The notes below the pieces were generated by a model. It was given only the letters and a program-made list of their open reading frames with translations. It did no database searches and was not told the DNA's origin. A DNA stretch of 64,000 nt, from positions 1 to 64,000 of IMG/VR virus record IMGVR_UViG_3300042522_001545; one strand, written 5' to 3'. Numbering within the stretch: the first letter of the stretch is position 1; each line of letters opens with the position of its first letter. Positions 48,150-56,716 of the stretch are shown piece by piece. This DNA comes from an uncultured virus (IMG/VR IMGVR_UViG_3300042522_001545). Lineage: Duplodnaviria > Heunggongvirae > Uroviricota > Caudoviricetes. The position numbers were made by a program, and so were the translations under genes.

Positions 48150-48991
48150 CTACTATCAATATTTTAAGAGAAATAGAGGGCAATAATTTAATTAAAGAAC
48201 GTCTTGAGAAAAAAGAAATATTTTTTGTTGGCAGATCCGGTGTAACAGAGTGCGATATTGTATGTACTATGTTGCTAGACAATAAAGCCTGTACCAATCA
48301 GATGGTGCAAAACTCTCGGTCTCCTGCTGGGATTTATCCTAATGATCAGGATTATCTTTATGCTTTTAGTAAAAAATATAGCGACTGTATTGGGTTATTA
48401 GACCTCGTAGCTTTCATTGGTTGTACCCCTAATTATAGTCGTCTTATTGCTAACTATTGTCCTAATGCTATACCCTTTTATTTATGGGGATTAGAACCAT
48501 ATCATTTTCCTCAAAATCCCTGGACCGAAGCATTAAAAGACAAAAGAGTCTTAGTTATACATCCATTTCAAAAAAGCATAGAGCAGAACTATAAGAATAG
48601 ACAGCATTTGTTTGTTGGTACTAATATTTTACCAGAATTCGAATTAATAACAATGAAAGCCATTCAAAATATCGGTAATAATATGAATTATGACTGGTTT
48701 GATAGTTTATATACAATGCAAGATGAAATCAATAATATAGATTTTGATGTTGCTCTGATTGGGTGTGGGGCATTTGGTCTTCCGTTAGGAGCCTACATTA
48801 AAAAACATTTGAATAAAACAGCTATTCATATGGGCGGGGCACTCCAATTATTATTTGGTATAATGGGAAATAGATGGGCGCAATATAATAGACACGGCTC
48901 TAAAAATTTTATTAATGAATACTGGACTAGGCCACTCCCAGAAGAAACTCCAGAGTCATATAGGAATATTGAAAATGGATCCTATTGGTAG
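48146..48991 (+). CDS. Glycan-cluster protein (GT-D/DUF1792-like)
   Basis: GRSG..E, LEPY...PWT.AL..K.VLVIHPF, FDVALIGCGAFGLPL, HMGGALQLLFGI.G.RW, IENG.YW. Confidence 0.65.
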   Translation: MTTINILREIEGNNLIKERLEKKEIFFVGRSGVTECDIVCTMLLDNKACTNQMVQNSRSPAGIYPNDQDYLYAFSKKYSDCIGLLDLVAFIGCTPNYSRLIANYCPNAIPFYLWGLEPYHFPQNPWTEALKDKRVLVIHPFQKSIEQNYKNRQHLFVGTNILPEFELITMKAIQNIGNNMNYDWFDSLYTMQDEINNIDFDVALIGCGAFGLPLGAYIKKHLNKTAIHMGGALQLLFGIMGNRWAQYNRHGSKNFINEYWTRPLPEETPESYRNIENGSYW

Positions 48992-49802
48992 TAAGATAGA
49001 TTATTTTATAGTTTGTCATGACCAAGATATTATTAATCAGCAAATAAATAAAAATATTTTTCGCAATCTTCCTAGTTATAAGTTCTTATTTGTTGGAAAT
49101 GGAAAAACAAGTAAGCTGAATCACTTAGATCACGAAACTATTATTTGTAGAAATCTAAAATATAATTTAGAAGAATATCCTTATCTATGTAGCTTTGTCG
49201 CTTGGTATGCTGTTGTCAAAAACAGTCTTTATCAAAATAAGAATATTTGCTTATTAGAATATGATATAGAACTTGATACCAAATTTCATCAAATAAATGC
49301 TGGTTTAATTAACAAATACAACAAGAATAATTATATTATAGGATACAATAAAACACTCACGGACCATTATGTATTCTATAAAAGCACCCCATGGTTAGCA
49401 ATATCTCTTAAAAAAATTTACAATATTGACTTACAACAATTTGTAGACGCTAACAAACATCAGTATAAATTTTGGCCAACAACAACCAATATAACCTTAT
49501 CTAAACAAATCCTTAATAAGTTTGTTGATTGGTTTCTACCAATGACAGAAGTATTCAGACACGATCCTTTTGGCGCATATGTTCATGAAAGAGCATTTTT
49601 TATATTCTGTATATTAAATCAATTAAATATCAAGTATGCGTCAAATACACTAGAACATAAACAATTAGCCTCTCATGGTATTTCTGATTTTTATGGATCT
49701 TTTTTACATAGTAAAAACTCACATCAGTTACACCACTATATGCTCAAAGAGTATGATGAATTATATGAAAATCTAGAGCGCAGATGCAAAGAAGAAAATT
49801 AA
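48975..49802 (+). CDS. Putative glycosyltransferase
   Basis: IVCHD, WYA, LLEYD, HER motifs. Confidence 0.45.
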   Translation: MDPIGSKIDYFIVCHDQDIINQQINKNIFRNLPSYKFLFVGNGKTSKLNHLDHETIICRNLKYNLEEYPYLCSFVAWYAVVKNSLYQNKNICLLEYDIELDTKFHQINAGLINKYNKNNYIIGYNKTLTDHYVFYKSTPWLAISLKKIYNIDLQQFVDANKHQYKFWPTTTNITLSKQILNKFVDWFLPMTEVFRHDPFGAYVHERAFFIFCILNQLNIKYASNTLEHKQLASHGISDFYGSFLHSKNSHQLHHYMLKEYDELYENLERRCKEEN

Positions 49803-49811
49803 ACAGAGCTG

Positions 49812-49870
49812 TTGCTACATCCATGGCCTCTGCGTATAATAACCTACTCTTGATGCGTGTGGCATCAAGA
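49812..49870 (+). promoter_or_regulatory. sigma70-type promoter TTGCTA-N17-TATAAT followed by a perfect 9-bp inverted repeat
   Basis: -35 at 49812-17, -10 at 49835-40; TCTTGATGC 49848-56 / GCATCAAGA 49862-70. Confidence 0.65.
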
Positions 49871-49898
49871 AAAATGTCTTCGGAAATAGTAACAAATA

Positions 49899-50363
49899 AT
49901 GAGACCGATCTGGACCGATTATTTTTTAGGTTTGTCAAAGGTGGTGTCTCAAAGAAGTCATGATATTCACACCCAACACGGATGCGTAATCACAGATCAG
50001 AATAATAGAATTCTTGGCGTGGGCTACAATGGTTACCCCCGAGGATTAGATGATGATGACCTTCCAAAGACTCGCCCAGAAAAATATCCGTGGATGATTC
50101 ATGCAGAACGAAATGCTTTAAGTAATTGTGTTGTTAGGCCAGATAATGGTATAGCGTACGTAACTGGTCAAAGTTGTAATGATTGTATTATGGCTTTATG
50201 GCAAGAAGGTGTTACTTCTGTGGTAATGTCCGATGATCATGGTACTCACTTATTTGATGAAGATGCAAAAAAAAGATTTGATTTATTCGTACAAATGAGC
50301 GGCATTAAGATAGTTAGGATAAGACCAGATTTATCTTGGATTAAAAATATTAACGGTGTATAA
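49899..50363 (+). CDS. dCMP deaminase
   Basis: W..YF, GYNG.P, HAERNA, SCNDC (PCxxC variant). Confidence 0.9.
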   Translation: MRPIWTDYFLGLSKVVSQRSHDIHTQHGCVITDQNNRILGVGYNGYPRGLDDDDLPKTRPEKYPWMIHAERNALSNCVVRPDNGIAYVTGQSCNDCIMALWQEGVTSVVMSDDHGTHLFDEDAKKRFDLFVQMSGIKIVRIRPDLSWIKNINGV

Positions 50364-50365
50364 TC

Positions 50366-50506
50366 ATGTCTATAGCATTTTACATTTCAACAGTCGTATA
50401 TATGTATCAACGATTTTTTAATACAAATATTGACACTATAAATTATTCTTTTCATGCCGCTGTTATAATCGGATTAGCGGCGATTCTAAACACTAGGAGA
50501 TCATAA
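50366..50506 (+). CDS. Small hydrophobic protein (46 aa, below the ORF-track cutoff)
   Basis: MSIAFYISTVVY...AAVIIGLAAIL; its stop overlaps the nrdJ ATG (TAATG). Confidence 0.4.
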   Translation: MSIAFYISTVVYMYQRFFNTNIDTINYSFHAAVIIGLAAILNTRRS

Positions 50507-52698
50507 TGTCAGCTCTGCAAGAATTACAGAACTATACTTTCGTTAGCAAATATGCTCGTTGGATTGAAGATAAAAATCGCAGAGAAACATGGAAAGAAGC
50601 AGTAGATCGTGTTAAGAATATGATGCATTCCTTTTATGCTGACAAGGGCATTACAAACGACATCGACTGGGCATATGAACTAATGCTAAAAAGAAAAGTG
50701 CTTGGATCACAAAGAGCACTACAGTTTGGAGGAGACCCTATCCTAAAGAGACATGCGAAAATCTATAATTGCACAAGTTCATACTGTGATCGCTTAAGAT
50801 TTTTTCAAGAATGTTTTTGGTTACTGCTCTGTGGATCCGGTACTGGATTCAGTGTTCAAAAGCATCATGTATCCAAGCTACCGTCACTAGAACATGATGT
50901 TAAAGAAGATCAAGCAGTAAAATACGTAATTGAAGATAGTATCGAAGGCTGGGCAAATTCTCTTGGAGTATTACTAAGTTCCTACTTTAGTAAGCCAGTA
51001 GAAGAATTCAAACAATATAAGAATAGTCACATAGTGTTTGATTATTCCAATATTAGACCAAAAGGATCATCATTAGCATCCGGAGTAGGCAAAGCTCCTG
51101 GATACGAACCCCTAGCCAACGGACTAGAAAAAATCAGAACTTTGCTAGATAGATGTATCTATAATGGTCAAAAGAAACTTAGACCAATTGATGCTTATGA
51201 TATTATCATGCATAGTAGTGACGCGGTTTTATCTGGTGGTGTTCGACGAAGTGCTTCTTTGGCTTTATTCAGTCATGACGATATAGAAATGGCTAAAGCT
51301 AAAACGGGCAATTGGTATATGGACAATCCACAAAGAGCAAGAAGCAATAACTCAGCACTTCTAATAAAAGATTCAACAACATACGAAGAGTTCGACGCTT
51401 TAATGCAGTCTGTGAAAGAATTCGGAGAGCCAGGATTTATTTGGAGTGATTCTACAGAAATGACATTTAATCCTTGCGTTGAAGTCGGTATGTGGCCAGT
51501 GGATGAAGAAAGCGGAAAGAGTGGATGGCAAGGATGTAATCTCTCCACAATTAACTGCTCATCAATAGAAGATGAAGAAGATTTTTATGAGAGATGTAAA
51601 GCAGCAGCTATCATTGGTACTTTACAAGCAGGATTTACAAAGCTAGATTATCTTGGAGAAATTAGTTGTAAGATATTTGAGAGAGAAGCTTTGTTGGGAG
51701 TCTCATTAACAGGAACTATGGAAAAACATGATTTGGTGCTAACAGAAAAAGCATTAAAGAACGGAGCAAAGATCGCTGTTGAAACAAACAAGCTAATGGC
51801 TAAAGCTATAGGTATTAATCAAGCAGCTAGAGTAACCTGTTTAAAGCCAGAAGGAACGAGCAGCAGTATGCTTGGTACTAGCTCCGGAATACACCCGCAC
51901 CATGCTAAAAGATATATTAGGCACGTTCAAGCGAATGTCTTAGAAGCACCGTATCAATACTTTAAGAAACTAAACCCACAGGCATGTGAAAAGTCATCAT
52001 GGTCTGCTAACAATACTGATGAGGTTATTAAGTTTCCTATTGAGGTACCCGATGGTGCAAAGTTAAAGAATCAATTACCGGCAGTAGAGATGCTAAAGGT
52101 TGTTAAAGATACTCAAAAAAATTGGGTATATTCTGGAAAGAATAGATCGCTATGTACACAAGACTATCTTAGTCATAACGTTAGCAATACAGTAACAGTT
52201 AAGCCGGATGAATGGGAAAGTGTTGCTAGATTTATCTATGATAATAGAAAATATTTTGCTGGCATATCATTGATACCACAAAGTGGAGATAAAGATTATC
52301 CACAGGCTCCTTTTACTACTGTTTATACTAGCAGAGAAATAGTAAAGGAATATGGAGATGCTGCCTTGTGGTGCTCTGGATTAATTGAATTAGGCTTGAA
52401 TGCCTTTAATAATAATCTGTGGGCAGCATGTGATTATGTCAGCCTAAATCAGACTAAAGAAACAGACGATCCAAATAAGCTAAAGTTTGTGACAAAAATG
52501 ACAAATTTTGCTAGTAAATACTTCGATTCTGATTTACGTCGTTTAACATATTGCATGAAAGATGTATATAATTGGAAGATCTATTGTGATCTATTCAATG
52601 GGTTTACCAAGGTTGACTACACTCAATTATCAGAACTAGAAGACAATACAGCAGGAATAGAAGAAATCAGCTGTGCTGGTGGAGCATGTCTACTATAA
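50506..52698 (+). CDS. nrdJ: Class II (adenosylcobalamin-dependent) ribonucleotide reductase
   Basis: RRETW, NC, GGVRRSA, NPCVE, CNL, KPEGT, C-terminal CAGGAC; no beta-subunit gene nearby. Confidence 0.9.
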   Translation: MSALQELQNYTFVSKYARWIEDKNRRETWKEAVDRVKNMMHSFYADKGITNDIDWAYELMLKRKVLGSQRALQFGGDPILKRHAKIYNCTSSYCDRLRFFQECFWLLLCGSGTGFSVQKHHVSKLPSLEHDVKEDQAVKYVIEDSIEGWANSLGVLLSSYFSKPVEEFKQYKNSHIVFDYSNIRPKGSSLASGVGKAPGYEPLANGLEKIRTLLDRCIYNGQKKLRPIDAYDIIMHSSDAVLSGGVRRSASLALFSHDDIEMAKAKTGNWYMDNPQRARSNNSALLIKDSTTYEEFDALMQSVKEFGEPGFIWSDSTEMTFNPCVEVGMWPVDEESGKSGWQGCNLSTINCSSIEDEEDFYERCKAAAIIGTLQAGFTKLDYLGEISCKIFEREALLGVSLTGTMEKHDLVLTEKALKNGAKIAVETNKLMAKAIGINQAARVTCLKPEGTSSSMLGTSSGIHPHHAKRYIRHVQANVLEAPYQYFKKLNPQACEKSSWSANNTDEVIKFPIEVPDGAKLKNQLPAVEMLKVVKDTQKNWVYSGKNRSLCTQDYLSHNVSNTVTVKPDEWESVARFIYDNRKYFAGISLIPQSGDKDYPQAPFTTVYTSREIVKEYGDAALWCSGLIELGLNAFNNNLWAACDYVSLNQTKETDDPNKLKFVTKMTNFASKYFDSDLRRLTYCMKDVYNWKIYCDLFNGFTKVDYTQLSELEDNTAGIEEISCAGGACLL

Positions 52699-53126
52699 GT
52701 ATGAATATTGATTTTGTAAAACTAAACGAGTTAGCTAAAGCACCATCAAGAGCTAATATTGATGACGCTGGTGCTGACCTGTATTCTGTAGAAGATATGG
52801 TTATTTTCCCATTAACCAGAAAACTAGTTCGCACAGGTATCTCCCTATCCATGCCCAGTGGCATCTATGGTCGCATAGCACCACGGTCTGGACTAGCATT
52901 TAAAAATGGTATAGATGTCTTGGCTGGAGTTATAGATCCCGGCTATAGAGGAGAAATAGGGGTGGTTTTGTACAATACAGACCAAAACAATATGTTCAAA
53001 ATCTCACGTGGTGATAGGATAGCACAAATTATTTTTGAAACCTATCATTCTGTTACATTTCAAGAGACCAATAGCTTAGGAGAAACCTCAAGATCTAACG
53101 GTGGCTTCGGTTCTAGCGGTAAATAA
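52686..53126 (+). CDS. dut: Trimeric dUTPase
   Basis: AGADL, PRSGLA, GVIDPGYRGEI, GDRIAQ, RSNGGFGSSG; true start may be the ATG at 52701. Confidence 0.95.
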   Translation: MSTISMNIDFVKLNELAKAPSRANIDDAGADLYSVEDMVIFPLTRKLVRTGISLSMPSGIYGRIAPRSGLAFKNGIDVLAGVIDPGYRGEIGVVLYNTDQNNMFKISRGDRIAQIIFETYHSVTFQETNSLGETSRSNGGFGSSGK

Positions 53127-53141
53127 TATTAAATTAACAAT

Positions 53142-53148
53142 GGTGTAT
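53142..53148 (+). promoter_or_regulatory. GGTGTAT intergenic motif
   Basis: 50 nt before the probable phoH start (TTG at 53198, SD AAGGA). Confidence 0.5.
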
Positions 53149-53197
53149 TATTAATGCATAATTGGTAATTATACTCCGTTTTTACAAAGGAATACTC

Positions 53198-53929
53198 TTG
53201 AGAAAAAACAACAAAGCTGCCAAAAAGAAGTCCAAAGTAATCAATCTTACCAATCCTCTAGAGCCTACGCAGGTTGTTAATGTATACAGAAATAGATTAA
53301 GACCAAGAAGTGAAAATCAAAAAGAGTATATTAGAACCATAGCAGAAAATACAATAACCTTTTGTCAAGGGTTAGCGGGTAGCGGAAAAACACACATTGC
53401 TATAGGTATGGCTATAGAGTATCTTCTTGACGAAAAAGTAAAGAAAATTATCATAACTCGGCCTATAATTGAAGCAGGAGAAAAAATAGGTTATCTTCCA
53501 GGGTCGGCAGAAGAAAAATTACATCCATACCTTCTGCCTGTTCTTGATGAAGTCAACTATTTTATATCAACTGCTCAGTATACTTCCTTAAAGCTAAACA
53601 ATAAAATTGAAGTTGTTCCATTAGGTTTAATGAGAGGTCGTAATTTTCATAATGCTTTTATTGTAGCAGATGAGTGTCAGAATTCTTCCTATGAGCAACT
53701 TAAAATGTTAATAACTCGCACAGGCACAGATAGTAAAATGGTACTAACTGGAGATGTTGGTCAGTCAGACCTAAACAGACATTTACAGGGTGGTTTTGCT
53801 AGTATGATTGAAGCTTTACAAGGAATAGACGGGATTGGTTGTGCCAGACTAGAATCATGTGATATAGTGCGTAATCCAATCATTGCTAAGATCTTATCTA
53901 AACTAGATGGTTATGAGCAACAAAGCTGA
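53198..53929 (+). CDS. phoH: PhoH-family ATPase
   Basis: GLAGSGKT, TRP, GYLPG, MRGR, DECQN, TGDVGQSD, VRNP. Confidence 0.93.
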   Translation: MRKNNKAAKKKSKVINLTNPLEPTQVVNVYRNRLRPRSENQKEYIRTIAENTITFCQGLAGSGKTHIAIGMAIEYLLDEKVKKIIITRPIIEAGEKIGYLPGSAEEKLHPYLLPVLDEVNYFISTAQYTSLKLNNKIEVVPLGLMRGRNFHNAFIVADECQNSSYEQLKMLITRTGTDSKMVLTGDVGQSDLNRHLQGGFASMIEALQGIDGIGCARLESCDIVRNPIIAKILSKLDGYEQQS

Positions 53930-54524
53930 ACACAGTAAGTGTTTATTATTAAATGCGGACATGACCCCTCTGCGAATTATCTCTTGGCAGAGGGCTATTG
54001 TCTGGTCTATGAAATATGAAAACGATAGTAGTTATGGTATTGAAATACTAGACTATTATAAAGACAAGAATATTCATGGTCCAAATGGGAAAAGATTTCC
54101 AGTCCCATCTGTTGCTAGAACAATCAGATATTTTAATCTCTACGGTAGAAAGATTAATTTTTCTAGACATAATCTATTTATTAGAGATAATTTTACATGT
54201 CAATATTGTGGGCAAAAGTGCTCTAATTCTCAATTAACGTATGATCATATTATACCTAAAAGTAGATATGCCCCAAACAGAAAAGCGTCTACTAATTGGC
54301 ATAATATAGTAACTGCCTGTAGACCATGCAACCATAAAAAGGGCAATAAAACACCTAACGAAGCAGGAATGACACTACTACAATCTCCTGTTGAGCCGAA
54401 ATACTCAGTAGAGTACTTGCCTTGGTATAAGGAATTGTCTAGTATAGATAACACTCAGGTATTATCAGAGTGGGAACCGTTTATTCAATACGAGAAAAGT
54501 AATGGAACACATATTTCGAGCTAA
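53913..54524 (+). CDS. HNH endonuclease (McrA-like)
   Basis: LLLNAD..PL, RDNFTCQYCG, TYDHIIP, W.NIVTACRPCNHKKG. Confidence 0.9.
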   Translation: MSNKAEHSKCLLLNADMTPLRIISWQRAIVWSMKYENDSSYGIEILDYYKDKNIHGPNGKRFPVPSVARTIRYFNLYGRKINFSRHNLFIRDNFTCQYCGQKCSNSQLTYDHIIPKSRYAPNRKASTNWHNIVTACRPCNHKKGNKTPNEAGMTLLQSPVEPKYSVEYLPWYKELSSIDNTQVLSEWEPFIQYEKSNGTHISS

Positions 54525-54900
54525 GCAAGATAAAGATGTAGAAATGTATTTTTGTTTAAGAGGTAGTGAAGATTTTATAGATGATAATGATAGATCAAGA
54601 TTATCTGACTCATCCTCCCCGCATGTTGTTGCAAAATGCATACAAAACAAAAAGCCTAAACATTTTGGTAGTGTCAGTCAATATTATAGGTACTATATAA
54701 AAATTAGTCCAACTGGAGAAGTATATAATCCTATTCAATATCATAAGATCAAAGACAAAAAACACAATATCATTACCCAGGTATGTAAAACAGAGTGGTC
54801 TTTTAAAGAAGTCAATAAGATCATATTTGATAAATATATACAATTCTTAAATACTATGAACATAGCTTGGCTAAAGGAAATAGAGAGAGACACAAAATAG
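54502..54900 (+). CDS. Hypothetical protein, paralogue of 55594..55974
   Basis: AK, YYIK....YNPI, C, Y.QFL...N..WL...ER shared with the paralogue. Confidence 0.65.
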   Translation: MEHIFRAKQDKDVEMYFCLRGSEDFIDDNDRSRLSDSSSPHVVAKCIQNKKPKHFGSVSQYYRYYIKISPTGEVYNPIQYHKIKDKKHNIITQVCKTEWSFKEVNKIIFDKYIQFLNTMNIAWLKEIERDTK

Positions 54901-54903
54901 TTT

Positions 54904-55254
54904 ATGCCAACATATACTTACATATGCAATAAGTGCGAAAAGAAATTTGAATTATTCGCTCATTTTTCAGACTATAAAGAACACCCCAAGTGTCAACACT
55001 GCGCTGCAAAAAATACAGAAAGATCTTATGAAGACGATGTCATCAACGTTTCTTGTTCTATAAGAAAACACTCTAGTGAACTTAAAACATTGGGAGATCT
55101 AGCTAATCGTAACAGAGATTCTTTAAGTGATGATCAAAGAATGTCTTTGCACGAGAAACATAATTCATACAAAGATCCTGAAGAAATAGCCAATCTACCT
55201 AAAGGAATGTCTCAAATTAAAAAACCTAAAACAAAAACCAAATGGACAAAATAA
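54904..55254 (+). CDS. FmdB-family zinc-ribbon protein
   Basis: MPTYTYICNKC...FE...CQHC. Confidence 0.8.
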   Translation: MPTYTYICNKCEKKFELFAHFSDYKEHPKCQHCAAKNTERSYEDDVINVSCSIRKHSSELKTLGDLANRNRDSLSDDQRMSLHEKHNSYKDPEEIANLPKGMSQIKKPKTKTKWTK

Positions 55255-55601
55255 TGACAGAGCAAAATATTTCGGAAGAAGAAAAGAAAGCTATCGATAC
55301 AGTATTAGAGAGCATATTAAAACAAAATACATTATCAAATGAGATCGAACAAGAATATGAAAAACTCTTAGAGTGTCCACACGAGCTGGTAATTACTGTA
55401 ACTGCTAAGGTTTTAGAACAAGACGAAACTGGCAATGTTGTTGGAATTAATGAAATTTGCAAACAGAATTATCACGTTCCCGTACCTCAGAACAAGCACT
55501 ATCATGAGTACATGGCAGGGTTCTTCAACAAACTGCAGAAATGTATTATGGAATCTGATAAAGAAGCAACAGAGAAAGCATCGGAGATAAATAATGAATG
55601 A
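55242..55601 (+). CDS. Hypothetical protein
   Basis: 119 aa coupled ORF. Confidence 0.6.
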   Translation: MDKIMTEQNISEEEKKAIDTVLESILKQNTLSNEIEQEYEKLLECPHELVITVTAKVLEQDETGNVVGINEICKQNYHVPVPQNKHYHEYMAGFFNKLQKCIMESDKEATEKASEINNE

Positions 55602-55974
55602 TTTCATTTTTACTATTGATCACAATAAGCAAGACACCACAGATTATAAGTTTTACTGTCTTGTCGGAGATGAAGACCACGTAGATTCCAGTGGCAACCC
55701 TATGCTTAATGCAGATAGCAATAAAGTACTAGCTAAAAAAATTACAAAAACAAATAATCCTACACAATATTTTATTAGACTATCAACCAACAACAAGCTA
55801 TATAATCCAATCTCTCAATTAGGAGAAGATAAATCTTCTAGCATAGTTGATAATACTTGTCGTCCAACTAATCGTTTTACTCCGGTTAGCTATGCAGTAT
55901 TTGAATGTTATTTACAATTCCTTTGTTCTAAAAATTTATTATGGCTTAACAAAGCAGAAAGAGAGAAGATTTGA
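55594..55974 (+). CDS. Hypothetical protein, paralogue of 54502..54900
   Basis: YFIR....LYNPI, C, YLQFL..KN..WL..AER. Confidence 0.65.
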   Translation: MNDFIFTIDHNKQDTTDYKFYCLVGDEDHVDSSGNPMLNADSNKVLAKKITKTNNPTQYFIRLSTNNKLYNPISQLGEDKSSSIVDNTCRPTNRFTPVSYAVFECYLQFLCSKNLLWLNKAEREKI

Positions 55975-56297
55975 TGGCTAAATTAAGTAAAGCAAATAAG
56001 TATGCTATTCTTTGGCTCAGTCACACTGGTGAAGGTATTGATAAGATATCGACTGAACTAGGAGTGTCAGAAAAGCAGATTAACGAGGTGCTGGAAGCCA
56101 ATGTTCAAATGAATACTGTACCAAAACCTAATGCTAAAAGTTTAATGATTACCCATACATCTGGTAAGAAATTAAACAATGTAGCAATTATGACCAAGGA
56201 TGCTTCAGCAATTGCCGACGAAACAAGAAAGCAAGCAGAATCATCGCAGGGAAGAAACCAAGAAAAGAATATTTTTAGACCAAACAAGTCCAAGTAA
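55971..56297 (+). CDS. Hypothetical protein with possible N-terminal HTH
   Basis: IDKISTELGVSEKQI helix-turn-helix-like segment. Confidence 0.55.
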   Translation: MMAKLSKANKYAILWLSHTGEGIDKISTELGVSEKQINEVLEANVQMNTVPKPNAKSLMITHTSGKKLNNVAIMTKDASAIADETRKQAESSQGRNQEKNIFRPNKSK

Positions 56298-56716
56298 TGC
56301 ATAAAGCTCAATACCCCTCCAGGTATTCTAATGGTAAGGATGTGTCCGCTGCTCAGTATATCACTGAGATAATATGCGAACATAAAGCCAAATTAAGTAA
56401 CATAGATTTACACTATAGGTTCTGGTTGACTAAAGAGTGGTCAACATATTATAGGAACCAAATAGGATCAGCAAATAAACTACTTAAAAAATACCATCCC
56501 AAAGCCATTATAAAAGCCTTGAATGATACCAAATCAGCTAAGATTTACTCTTTGCGAGCGCCACACCTTCTTGCTATTATAGACCAATACCAAAAGATAG
56601 TGGAGCAGGAAAATACGGAATTGTCTATGGACTATGATCGTAAAGATAATATAGTACATAGAAAAGCGAATAACAGTAAACCAAATATCATTTCCAAACT
56701 ACGAGATTTAGAATAA
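56297..56716 (+). CDS. Hypothetical conserved protein upstream of recA
   Basis: YPSRYS...SAAQYITE, FW, IYSL. Confidence 0.6.
   Translation: MHKAQYPSRYSNGKDVSAAQYITEIICEHKAKLSNIDLHYRFWLTKEWSTYYRNQIGSANKLLKKYHPKAIIKALNDTKSAKIYSLRAPHLLAIIDQYQKIVEQENTELSMDYDRKDNIVHRKANNSKPNIISKLRDLE

Noticed and set aside
49784..49963. 59-codon ORF spanning the promoter region before the dCMP deaminase gene
   Set aside because: Overlaps both neighbours and a clear promoter plus inverted repeat; no RBS or motif
50364..50505. Cobalamin riboswitch or NrdR box upstream of nrdJ
   Set aside because: The region is AT-rich, has only a small GCCGCT/AGCGGC hairpin, lacks a B12-box and is spanned by a 46-codon ORF; the ACACTATAAATT NrdR-like match is weak and single
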